Part shown: in pieces, positions 30,381-38,406 of the stretch
How the letters are laid out: the number at the start of each line of letters is the position of its first letter
Position numbering within the stretch: position 1 is the first letter of the stretch
Assembly (NCBI GenBank): GCA_016937995.1
Contig: JAFGVM010000016.1
Location: forward strand, 101,224-165,223
Origin: Candidatus Delongbacteria bacterium
GTDB taxonomy: Bacteria > UBA4055
Length of the DNA stretch: 64,000 bases
Reading direction: 5' to 3'
Position numbers and translations under genes: made by a program
The notes under the pieces: model-generated
The model's database searches: none
What the model was told of the DNA's origin: nothing
The model's input: only the letters and a program-made list of their open reading frames with translations

Positions 30381-30965
30381 ATGGCAAGAAAATACTTAAT
30401 AACACTACTCTCTCTGTTTATCTTTGTTTCATGCTCAGATATTTTTTCCACAAGAGACCCTGAAGAACCTTATACTGACGGTGACAGTTATATTTCTGAG
30501 TCTGTTTCAGGACTACTCACCAATATGAAAACATCACTTCTTTCACTTGATAAAAATTTTTATGAATCTTTGCTTATTGACTCATTAACAACTGAATACA
30601 CTTACACTTTCATATCAAATTCTCAGGACATATCAGAGCAGGATATTTTTAACGACTGGGGTATCGATAATGAAAAAATTTTCATTAATAACCTGAAAAC
30701 GTCCGGATCGAATTTTACAGATATCGATCTATCATTGAATGACTCTTACAATGAAGCTGAAGATTCATTGAATATCGAACTTGATTACTCAATGAATTTT
30801 ACTGACTCTTCATCAGTTACAACTCAGGTAATAGGTTCGTTTACCTTAAAGATCATCAAAGTTGACGGTCATTTCTGGTATATTAAAAACTGGATCGATG
30901 AGAATTTTGACCTTTCAACAGGTCAAAAGAGCTTTAGTAAACTGAAAGAGCCGTTCGTATACTAA
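30381..30965 (+). CDS. Hypothetical lipoprotein.
   Basis: MARKYLITLLSLFIFVSCSD is a signal peptide with lipobox. Ser/Asp-rich. No catalytic motif. Confidence 0.4.
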   Translation: MARKYLITLLSLFIFVSCSDIFSTRDPEEPYTDGDSYISESVSGLLTNMKTSLLSLDKNFYESLLIDSLTTEYTYTFISNSQDISEQDIFNDWGIDNEKIFINNLKTSGSNFTDIDLSLNDSYNEAEDSLNIELDYSMNFTDSSSVTTQVIGSFTLKIIKVDGHFWYIKNWIDENFDLSTGQKSFSKLKEPFVY

Positions 30966-31045
30966 ATTAACCTTTGATTTTTCATTGACTTTACAAATCC
31001 CTTTTTATATATTCACAAAGTTCAAAAGGTCATTATGAACCTAAT

Positions 31046-31118
31046 GCTCCCGTAGCTCAGTGGATAGAGCAGTAGTTTCCTAAACTATTGGTCGGAGGTT
31101 CAACTCCTCTCGGGAGTA
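31046..31118 (+). tRNA. tRNA-Arg (anticodon CCU). No CCA is encoded; the discriminator A is followed by CAG.
   Basis: Manual fold. Acceptor GCTCCCG/CGGGAGT (G1·U72 wobble). D arm GCTC-AGTGGATA-GAGC. Anticodon arm GTAGT-TTCCTAA-ACTAT (U33, C34 C35 U36, A37). Variable loop TGGTC. T arm GGAGG-TTCAACT-CCTCT. Confidence 0.8.
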
Positions 31119-31320
31119 CAGAGAAGGACCGAGAGAGTTAAACTGAACAGGAAACAACTCCTCTCGGGAGTACAGAGAACGGCCGAGAGAGTTAAACTGA
31201 ACAGGAAACAACTCCTCTCGGGAGTACAGAGAAGGACCGAGAGAGTTAAACTGAACAGGAAACAACTCCTCTCGGGAGTACAGAGAACGACCGTGAGAGT
31301 TCGTGATGATCCGGGTTCGA
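31104..31320 (+). repeat. Tandem direct repeat, 54-bp period, ~3.7 copies (starts at 31104, 31158, 31212, 31266). Each copy begins with the tRNA-Arg T-stem/acceptor 3' strand (CTCCTCTCGGGAGTACAG...).
   Basis: Read directly. Units 1 and 3 are identical (CTCCTCTCGGGAGTACAGAGAAGGACCGAGAGAGTTAAACTGAACAGGAAACAA). Unit 2 differs by AAGGA to AACGG. Unit 4 diverges after GAGAGTT. Each unit can form a 7-bp hairpin, CTCTCGG-N15-CCGAGAG. Confidence 0.85.
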
Positions 31321-31349
31321 ATTAAGCAATCTAAAAAATGAGGTTTACG

Positions 31350-32018
31350 ATGAGTATTGATTTCAAAAGAAAAGCACAGAACGAAGAAATGGGTAAAACA
31401 TACGAATTCATGCTAAAGAACAAAAATCTATTATTGGTATTAGTAGCTTCTGTCGCTGTATTAATCATCATAATGAATCTGTATAAATCCAACGTGGCAA
31501 AGACTACAGCAATAGCTGCAGATAAACTTTATGAGGTAAGCAAAGCTTTTCAGGATAAGGACTATGCTAAAGTAATCGAATTGGGACCCGGCTATGTTGA
31601 AAAATATTCAGGATACGGATCTGCAGGAGATATTCTGATAATTACTTCACAAGCTCTTTTAAAAGAAGGTAAAGTGGATGAAGCAAAAGAAATATTAGAG
31701 AAAAATTTGGGATCTTATAAAGATTTTGGTCCAATAGAATTTGCAGCTAATAATATTCTGGGCGGTATTTATTTAGATAAATGGTCTGAATCAAAAGATC
31801 CAAAAATGGCTGAAAAATCTGCAAAATACTACTATAAAGCTGCTATCGCAGATAACGGTTTTCATAAAGATAAAAGTTTGTACCTTTCAGCTGATTCGTA
31901 TGTAAAAGCAGGTAACATAACAAAAGCAAAAGAATTATTAAAACCATTATATGAAGATAAAGAAGTTGAATATCAACTAAAACAGCAGATCAAATTTTTA
32001 TATGAAGGTTTAAATTAA
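31350..32018 (+). CDS. Membrane-anchored TPR-like protein (YfgM-like architecture).
   Basis: GAGG RBS 7 nt upstream of the ATG at 31350. N-terminal single TM (LLLVLVASVAVLIIIMNL), then a ~180-aa helical repeat region. The listed ORF start at 31338 is less likely. Confidence 0.45.
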   Translation: MSIDFKRKAQNEEMGKTYEFMLKNKNLLLVLVASVAVLIIIMNLYKSNVAKTTAIAADKLYEVSKAFQDKDYAKVIELGPGYVEKYSGYGSAGDILIITSQALLKEGKVDEAKEILEKNLGSYKDFGPIEFAANNILGGIYLDKWSESKDPKMAEKSAKYYYKAAIADNGFHKDKSLYLSADSYVKAGNITKAKELLKPLYEDKEVEYQLKQQIKFLYEGLN

Positions 32019-32037
32019 ATTATCTAGGTTCCATCAT

Positions 32038-32066
32038 TAAAGGCAAACTGTGTTTGCCTTTTTTTA
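32038..32066 (+). terminator. Rho-independent terminator after the TPR-protein gene.
   Basis: AAAGGCAAAC-TGTG-TTTGCCTTT stem-loop followed by TTTTTTATA. Confidence 0.6.
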
Positions 32067-32126
32067 TACATTGCAAATGAAGTTTTTGTATATTTAACTT
32101 TATCAACAAATTATTTAACCGGGAAT

Positions 32127-32873
32127 TTGAATAATTTCATGAAGAAGAATGATACATCAGTAATAAACTCAAAACGGGCAAACAACAATACCGGTATTAA
32201 CCCTGTAACTCTTATGATCATAGTTTTTTCACTGATGTTAACAATAGTATTTTCTGCATCAATATACTATTGTCTTACGATTCTTGTATTATTCTGGATA
32301 TTCAGTATAATGAACGACCTGTTTAATAAATTATTTTTATCACCTTTAAATCAGTTCAAGATATTTATAATTTTTTCTACCGTCTTTATGCTTATCTCAA
32401 ATTATTCTGTGGTAGAATCTGCAAATTACACTCTTAAGATCATAATTTTACTGTTACTCAGCTCAATGCTCAATCAAATATTAGATTACTCATACATTCT
32501 AAGTTACTTTGATTTCTATTTGAGTAGATCCAAACCTTTATTTTTCAGAATTTATTCCAGAAAAGTATTATATTCATTTATTTTAGGATTAAGATCGGTC
32601 TCCGAACTGTTCAAGACAGGATCAAATCTTCAAAGACAACAAAAACTGAGAAGATCAAATACCAGTTCTGACCTGAGATCAAAATTAGCTTTCAATATTT
32701 CGCTGCTTCGAAATCTGTTTATTCAGAGTTTTTACATAGCAAAGTATACTGATAATTACTTCACTGTTCATGGTTTTTCATTTTCTAAAAAGAGAAGCTT
32801 TTATCTGAAAAGGAGATTTTATCTGAAAGATCTTCTATTGATCATTATTTCAATAACATTAGTTATAATATAG
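32127..32873 (+). CDS. Polytopic membrane protein, possibly a divergent EcfT/CbiQ-like transmembrane component.
   Basis: 5-6 predicted TM helices, ~248 aa, immediately upstream of truA; ecfT-truA adjacency is common in some lineages. Only weak motif resemblance at the C-terminus (..TVHGFS in place of ..ARGF). Confidence 0.35.
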   Translation: MNNFMKKNDTSVINSKRANNNTGINPVTLMIIVFSLMLTIVFSASIYYCLTILVLFWIFSIMNDLFNKLFLSPLNQFKIFIIFSTVFMLISNYSVVESANYTLKIIILLLLSSMLNQILDYSYILSYFDFYLSRSKPLFFRIYSRKVLYSFILGLRSVSELFKTGSNLQRQQKLRRSNTSSDLRSKLAFNISLLRNLFIQSFYIAKYTDNYFTVHGFSFSKKRSFYLKRRFYLKDLLLIIISITLVII

Positions 32874-32881
32874 GATATGAA

Positions 32882-33610
32882 ATGAATATAAAGATGACAA
32901 TTCAATATGACGGAACTGAATTTCATGGTTCACAGATCCAGCCTGAAGTCAGAACGGTTCAGGAGGAGATAGAAAAATGTTTAAATACCATTTTTGAAAC
33001 AAATATTATGACGATATTTTCAGGTAGAACTGATGCAGGTGTTCATGCTAAATGCCAAACTATCAATTTTAAGTTGGATAACTCAACTATCCCCCCTGAC
33101 AAGATAATTCATCCTCTGAACAATATTCTTCCGAAGGATATTTTAGCACTTAGGTCTGAAGAGATCGATTCAGGTTTCAATTCCAGGTTTGATGCAAAAA
33201 AAAGGATCTACAGATATTTTATAAGAAGAAATAATGATATTTTCAGAAATAGATTTTCACTTATACACCCTCATGATATTGATATTAAAAAATTTAATGA
33301 ATGGGCGGGAATTTTTGTCGGTGAAAAGGATTTTCAATCTTTCTGCAGTGCAAGATCAGAAGTAAAACATTATGTATGCAATATCTCTGAATTAAAATTT
33401 TTTCAGCAGGAGGATGAAGTGGTAATGGAGATCCATGGGAACAGATTTCTTCACAATATGGTCAGAATTATCCTATCAGCGTTTATGGAGTTAAACAGAA
33501 ATACGCTGAACATTGATGATATTCAGCGTATTTTAGATAAAAAGGATAGAACATTTGCCCCTAAAACAATATCTCCGAAAGGACTGTTTCTCTGGGATGT
33601 TCAATATTAA
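32882..33610 (+). CDS. truA: tRNA pseudouridine(38-40) synthase TruA.
   Basis: SGRTDAGVHA catalytic-Asp motif. ~240 aa. RIYRY and other TruA blocks. Confidence 0.85.
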   Translation: MNIKMTIQYDGTEFHGSQIQPEVRTVQEEIEKCLNTIFETNIMTIFSGRTDAGVHAKCQTINFKLDNSTIPPDKIIHPLNNILPKDILALRSEEIDSGFNSRFDAKKRIYRYFIRRNNDIFRNRFSLIHPHDIDIKKFNEWAGIFVGEKDFQSFCSARSEVKHYVCNISELKFFQQEDEVVMEIHGNRFLHNMVRIILSAFMELNRNTLNIDDIQRILDKKDRTFAPKTISPKGLFLWDVQY

Positions 33611-33611
33611 G

Positions 33612-35378
33612 TTATTCTACACTGTAAGGCATTAATAATACAGGTCTTTTTGAAAATTTCAACGAATTTTCAAGTAATCTTAAACTGCTCTTCAATTCCT
33701 TAGACTCTATCCTGTCAAATATTTTTACAGATGTTTCCATTTCAGTTTCAAATAATTTCTCAGTAAAAGATTTTGACTTTGGGAACATTTCAACGCTATA
33801 ATTTTTTATTCTGGCTATTACAGCAGCTTCTTCTATAGCTTTCTGCAAACCGCCTATCTCATCAGTTAATCCATTCGCAACTGCCTGTTCCCCTGTCCAT
33901 ATTTTACCCTGTGCGATTTTTTCCAGATCATCAAGATCCATATTTCTACCTTTAGATACCCTGTCTTTGAATTCTACATAGGTCTCAGTCATAACTTTTT
34001 TGAACAGGGCCAATTCTTCCTGGGAGGTTGAATCAGTTAAATTGAACAGATCTGCATATTTACCTTTCTCGATCTTTTCATAGTTAATACCGATCTTATC
34101 AACCATTTCTTTAAAATTAGGTATGATAGCAACAACCCCTATTGATCCTGTAACAGAATATTTATCCAGAAATATTTTATCCGCAAAGCTTGAAATATAA
34201 TAACCTCCTGATGCGGCTACCGGTCCCATGGAAACGATAACAGGGATTCTCTTTTTGAGATCACCGATTTTCTGCAATATTAATTCAGATGCAAGAGCTG
34301 ATCCTCCCGGAGAATTGACCCTTAACACCAAAGCCTTTATATCTTTATCTTTTTCGATCTTATCGAATATTTTACTAAATTTTTCAGGATAGATGGTATC
34401 GTCCATATACTCAACATTCCCGTTCCCCATATCTATAGTACCCTCGGCAAAAACAACCGCGATCTTTGAATCAGAGAATGTGTAATTTTCTTTAGGAGGA
34501 TAGTCATTGATCTGGACCAGTTGCTTTTTCCTGATCGATTTATCTCCTAGAAAATCATCATAAGACTGAGTTTTATCGATCAGTTTAAACTGTATTGCCT
34601 CATTCGGGTTGATGAAAGCCAGGTCACCGTTCAATAGCTGAGTTGTAAAAGTATTTTTATCAATATTCCGTTTTGAGGTTACATCATCGATGAAAAGCTC
34701 TAGCCTTGCATCCAGCAGGTCAGTTATACTTTCTCTGAAATTATCAGACATTGAATTTCTTGCGAAATTCTCTCCTGATCCTTTAAAATCCCCGATATGT
34801 ATCACGTTCACGTTTATACCTAGTTTTGTACCGAGATCTTTATAGTATGGAACTGAAATACTGTATCCGGAAAGCATAAGATTTGAAGAATTTGAAGGAG
34901 GCATTACTATTTCGTCAGCATAGATAGCTGCCAAGTAACTGTTTTTATTCATTCCGTTTGAGTAAGCGAATATCTTTTTACCGGATTCTTTGAACTTCTC
35001 CATAGCAACTGAAAGCTCTTTTGTATGTACACTCGAGATATTCCAGGAATCAAGATCAAGAATAATACCTGATATTTTACTGTCATCTGCAGCCTGATCA
35101 ATTGATCTTAAAACTTCATAAAAGGTTAATTCTCTTTTGTTCAGATCCTTAAATCTCATCGAATACAAATTAAATTCATTACTTGGACTTTCTTTCAATC
35201 CGTTAGGAAATGCTAAAACAACATAGCTGTCTTTTTTTATATTAATGTTATCATTCATCTGATCATATGTTATCTTGGAAATGAACAATAAAATGAAAAC
35301 GAACATCACACTGAAAACAATTACTACAGTGAACGTTGTTTTTAAAAACCATTTCAATAATCTTTTCAGTGACTCCAT
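33612..35378 (-). CDS. sppA: Signal peptide peptidase SppA, 67K type (protease IV, S49).
   Basis: N-terminal TM. Two S49 repeats. The second has GPVAASGGYYISSFADKI (catalytic Ser motif) and a Lys-containing block. 588 aa. Confidence 0.85.
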   Translation of the reverse strand: MESLKRLLKWFLKTTFTVVIVFSVMFVFILLFISKITYDQMNDNINIKKDSYVVLAFPNGLKESPSNEFNLYSMRFKDLNKRELTFYEVLRSIDQAADDSKISGIILDLDSWNISSVHTKELSVAMEKFKESGKKIFAYSNGMNKNSYLAAIYADEIVMPPSNSSNLMLSGYSISVPYYKDLGTKLGINVNVIHIGDFKGSGENFARNSMSDNFRESITDLLDARLELFIDDVTSKRNIDKNTFTTQLLNGDLAFINPNEAIQFKLIDKTQSYDDFLGDKSIRKKQLVQINDYPPKENYTFSDSKIAVVFAEGTIDMGNGNVEYMDDTIYPEKFSKIFDKIEKDKDIKALVLRVNSPGGSALASELILQKIGDLKKRIPVIVSMGPVAASGGYYISSFADKIFLDKYSVTGSIGVVAIIPNFKEMVDKIGINYEKIEKGKYADLFNLTDSTSQEELALFKKVMTETYVEFKDRVSKGRNMDLDDLEKIAQGKIWTGEQAVANGLTDEIGGLQKAIEEAAVIARIKNYSVEMFPKSKSFTEKLFETEMETSVKIFDRIESKELKSSLRLLENSLKFSKRPVLLMPYSVE

Positions 35379-35387
35379 AATGCTCTC

Positions 35388-36983
35388 CTAGTCTGAAACA
35401 TTTAAATATTGGATCTTTCCGTCTTTAACACTTACAAAATCGGGAATTATCTTGAATTTCATTTTGTTCGATCTAAGTATTTCCTTATAACTCATGATCT
35501 CCGGTAAAGAAATACTTTTTAAAGAAAATAAAACATTGTTTGCCTCTTCGACCTTCATTATGTCAATCAGGTATTTAATGTTACCCAAAACTGCATAATT
35601 GCCGATATTTTTTCCTAAATATTCATGATTGGTATCAATAAAACCGGTGATCATCATTCCCTCATTTGCCAATTCTGTATCCAAGTTGACCAAAGATTTA
35701 GAAATATCATCAATACCAACAATTACTGTGTTATTAAGAAAAAATTTCATTTTCCTCAACAGCAATATCCTCCAGGCGAACATTAATGAACCGCTGAATA
35801 CCAACATAAGAAAGAGAATAGCTCTGGAAAAAGCAACATTTCTCATAAAAAAAGTTATACTTATCACGGTCAGTGAAATAAAGAACATTGACTTTAAAAA
35901 TTGCCGGTAAGAGTGTTTCATCGAGGTATAAACACTATTCAGCAGAAACACTGTTATGATTATAAATGTATATATGACCGAAACACTGAGATACATTTCA
36001 ATTTTTATCGATGAATAGCCGATCTCTCTGTTTATACCCAGAATGTACATTAGAGGTGTATAGGCAGCAATAGCAAGTACTAATCCACCAAAATATGATG
36101 CAATATCGATAATCGGAAGAATAAATTTATTCAGGAATATCCGGCCAACTGACATTGAATATGCTGTAAAGATCGCCAATTCAAGTATTATCTGAAAAAA
36201 TATCGAATATCTGGAAGAATAATTCTTATTAACAAATATTTTCATTGAACTGTAAAAATATTTTCTAAGCTTAATCCTGTCTTTTTTTGAGCTTTGTCCC
36301 CTAAAATGGATTATTTCTCCAATAGGCACATATTCGATCTTGTAACCCATTTTTTTGATCTGATAACAAAAATCTATATCCTCCCCATACATAAAATAAT
36401 CTTCCGGCATGTAAGTACCTTCATTCAAAATCTCGCGCCGGAATAGCATAAATGAACCCGAAACCGCATCGACCTCTGACACAAGATCATCGTCTATGTA
36501 AAGCAGATTATAGGCTGAAAATAATCTGGAGTTATGAAATACCCTGGCAAGGCCGGAAATATGACAAAAGGAATTCCAGGCGGTCGGAAATGATCTATGG
36601 GATGAAGGATCAATATTACCTTCAGGTCCAATTATTTTGCATGTAACAAGACCTGTTTTAGGGTTGGTCTTAAGATGATCTATCAATAACTTTATTGTTC
36701 TTTCTTTTACGATCGTATCAGGATTCAGGATAAGTACAAAATCCCCTTTGGCGATCTTTAGACCCTGATTATTGGCTTTTGCAAATCCCACATTAGCTTC
36801 ATTGAATATATATGTAATATCACTGAAGCGTGATGTGATATATTCCTTACTATCATCTTTGGAAGCGTTATCGATCACAATTATCTCGTAAGAAAGATCT
36901 GAAACGGTTCTCTTTACAGAATGAATTGTATTCTCAAGAAAGTACTTAACGTTATAATTTACTATTATGACCGAAAGATCCAT
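35388..36983 (-). CDS. Family-2 glycosyltransferase fused to a C-terminal multi-TM domain.
   Basis: MDLSVIIVNYNVKYFLENTI...IIVIDNASKDDS is a GT2 signature. DxD-like region. Then ~6 TM helices. Confidence 0.7.
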   Translation of the reverse strand: MDLSVIIVNYNVKYFLENTIHSVKRTVSDLSYEIIVIDNASKDDSKEYITSRFSDITYIFNEANVGFAKANNQGLKIAKGDFVLILNPDTIVKERTIKLLIDHLKTNPKTGLVTCKIIGPEGNIDPSSHRSFPTAWNSFCHISGLARVFHNSRLFSAYNLLYIDDDLVSEVDAVSGSFMLFRREILNEGTYMPEDYFMYGEDIDFCYQIKKMGYKIEYVPIGEIIHFRGQSSKKDRIKLRKYFYSSMKIFVNKNYSSRYSIFFQIILELAIFTAYSMSVGRIFLNKFILPIIDIASYFGGLVLAIAAYTPLMYILGINREIGYSSIKIEMYLSVSVIYTFIIITVFLLNSVYTSMKHSYRQFLKSMFFISLTVISITFFMRNVAFSRAILFLMLVFSGSLMFAWRILLLRKMKFFLNNTVIVGIDDISKSLVNLDTELANEGMMITGFIDTNHEYLGKNIGNYAVLGNIKYLIDIMKVEEANNVLFSLKSISLPEIMSYKEILRSNKMKFKIIPDFVSVKDGKIQYLNVSD

Positions 36984-36989
36984 TGTACA

Positions 36990-37712
36990 TTAACTCTTTT
37001 TTCCGAATAATTTTGGAAATCTTAATTTCCATACCATAAAAATAGCTTCTTTTACAATATGCTTTCCCATCTTTGAAACACCATCTATCCTGTCAGTGAA
37101 CACTATCGGTATTTCCTTGATCTTAAATCCCTTTTTCCATGATCTGTAGTGCATTTCTATCTGAAAAGAATAACCGTTAGAATGTATATCATCCAGTTTT
37201 ATCGACTCAATGACTTTTCTCTTAAAACATTTAAATCCTGAAGTTGCATCTTTTATCGGCATTCCGGTTATCATACGAGTGTATAATGAAGCTCCCATGC
37301 TCAGTATCAACCTTCTTAGCGGCCAGTTCACCACATTTACTCCCTGAATATATCTTGATCCTATGACCAGATCATAATCTGCTACTGATTCAATTAATCT
37401 TAGAACATCTTTGGGATCATGTGAAAAATCACAATCCATTTCTATTATCAGATCGTAATCCTTATTTAAAGCAAACCTAAAACCCTCGATATAAGCAGTT
37501 CCCAGGCCAAGTTTTCCCTCCCTTTCGATCAGGTTAACTCTTTTCTCCGATCCGTAATTCGTTTTTACGAATTCTCCTGTTTTATCCGGAGAATTATCAT
37601 CGACTATTAAAATATCAATGTTGTCATCAAGATCTAAAACCGTATTAATCATCTTACCAACATTTTCGATCTCATTATACGTCGGAATTATCACTATGGC
37701 TTTATCGGTCAT
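36990..37712 (-). CDS. Polyprenol-phosphate (dolichol-P-mannose-synthase-like) glycosyltransferase, GT2.
   Basis: AIVIIPTYNEIENV...ILIVDDNSPDKTG...GLGTAYIEGF, typical of DPM1/Ppm1-like enzymes. 240 aa. Confidence 0.75.
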   Translation of the reverse strand: MTDKAIVIIPTYNEIENVGKMINTVLDLDDNIDILIVDDNSPDKTGEFVKTNYGSEKRVNLIEREGKLGLGTAYIEGFRFALNKDYDLIIEMDCDFSHDPKDVLRLIESVADYDLVIGSRYIQGVNVVNWPLRRLILSMGASLYTRMITGMPIKDATSGFKCFKRKVIESIKLDDIHSNGYSFQIEMHYRSWKKGFKIKEIPIVFTDRIDGVSKMGKHIVKEAIFMVWKLRFPKLFGKKS

Positions 37713-38171
37713 TTATAATTTACTTCCCATTTTTTTGAATTCAATTAACTTTTGCTTCAGATCATCATTGTTCAATGCCAATATCTGAACTGCAGTTATT
37801 GCAGCGTTTCTTGCACCTGCGTTTCCTATTGCTAAAGTCGGAACAGGAACACCTGCAGGCATTTGTACCATAGATAGTAACGCATCCAGACCATCCATTG
37901 CACCACCCTTCATAGGAACACCAAGTACAGGTAAGACAGTATGGGCAGCAATAACTCCACCCAGATGAGCTGCCATTCCAGCTGCTGCAATTATTATTTT
38001 AACACCGTTCTTATCCGCGTTTTTTGAAAATTCACTCACTTCTTCAGGGTTTCTATGTGCTGACATTATTTTAACATCATAACTGATACCGAAGTAATTC
38101 AAATATGTTTCACAGTTTTTCATAGTTTCAGCATCACTTTTGCTACCCATTACAATTACAACTTCAGACAT
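37713..38171 (-). CDS. purE: N5-carboxyaminoimidazole ribonucleotide mutase PurE.
   Basis: VVIVMGSKSD...SAHR...IIAAAGMAAHLGGV...GVPV motifs. 152 aa. Confidence 0.85.
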   Translation of the reverse strand: MSEVVIVMGSKSDAETMKNCETYLNYFGISYDVKIMSAHRNPEEVSEFSKNADKNGVKIIIAAAGMAAHLGGVIAAHTVLPVLGVPMKGGAMDGLDALLSMVQMPAGVPVPTLAIGNAGARNAAITAVQILALNNDDLKQKLIEFKKMGSKL

Positions 38172-38406
38172 TTTTTCTCCTTAAATTAAAAAAAGATGTT
38201 TATTTCCCATATATTTCCGTTAATGGATCGGTCTATTTGTAATATGAAAAAGGAAAATAGCAAATAACGAACAAAATCGCAATCTAATAACTTAATTAAA
38301 TATTTAAAACCCAATAAAATATTTCTTGATTTCCTATAAAATAAATCATTAGTTTAGTACCTGTCGTATAAATACGAATTTAAAGTGATCACATCAAGGA
38401 ATAGCT

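Noticed and set aside
31080-31265. 61-aa minus-strand ORF with an internally repeated peptide (FPVQFNSLGPSLYSREEL x3).
   Set aside because: It is an artefact of translating the 54-bp (18-codon) tandem DNA repeat downstream of tRNA-Arg. The repeat itself is the feature.
31104-31320. Possibility that the 54-bp repeats are a CRISPR array.
   Set aside because: The whole 54-bp unit is conserved copy to copy, with no unique spacers. There is no cas gene nearby, and the units overlap a tRNA 3' end.
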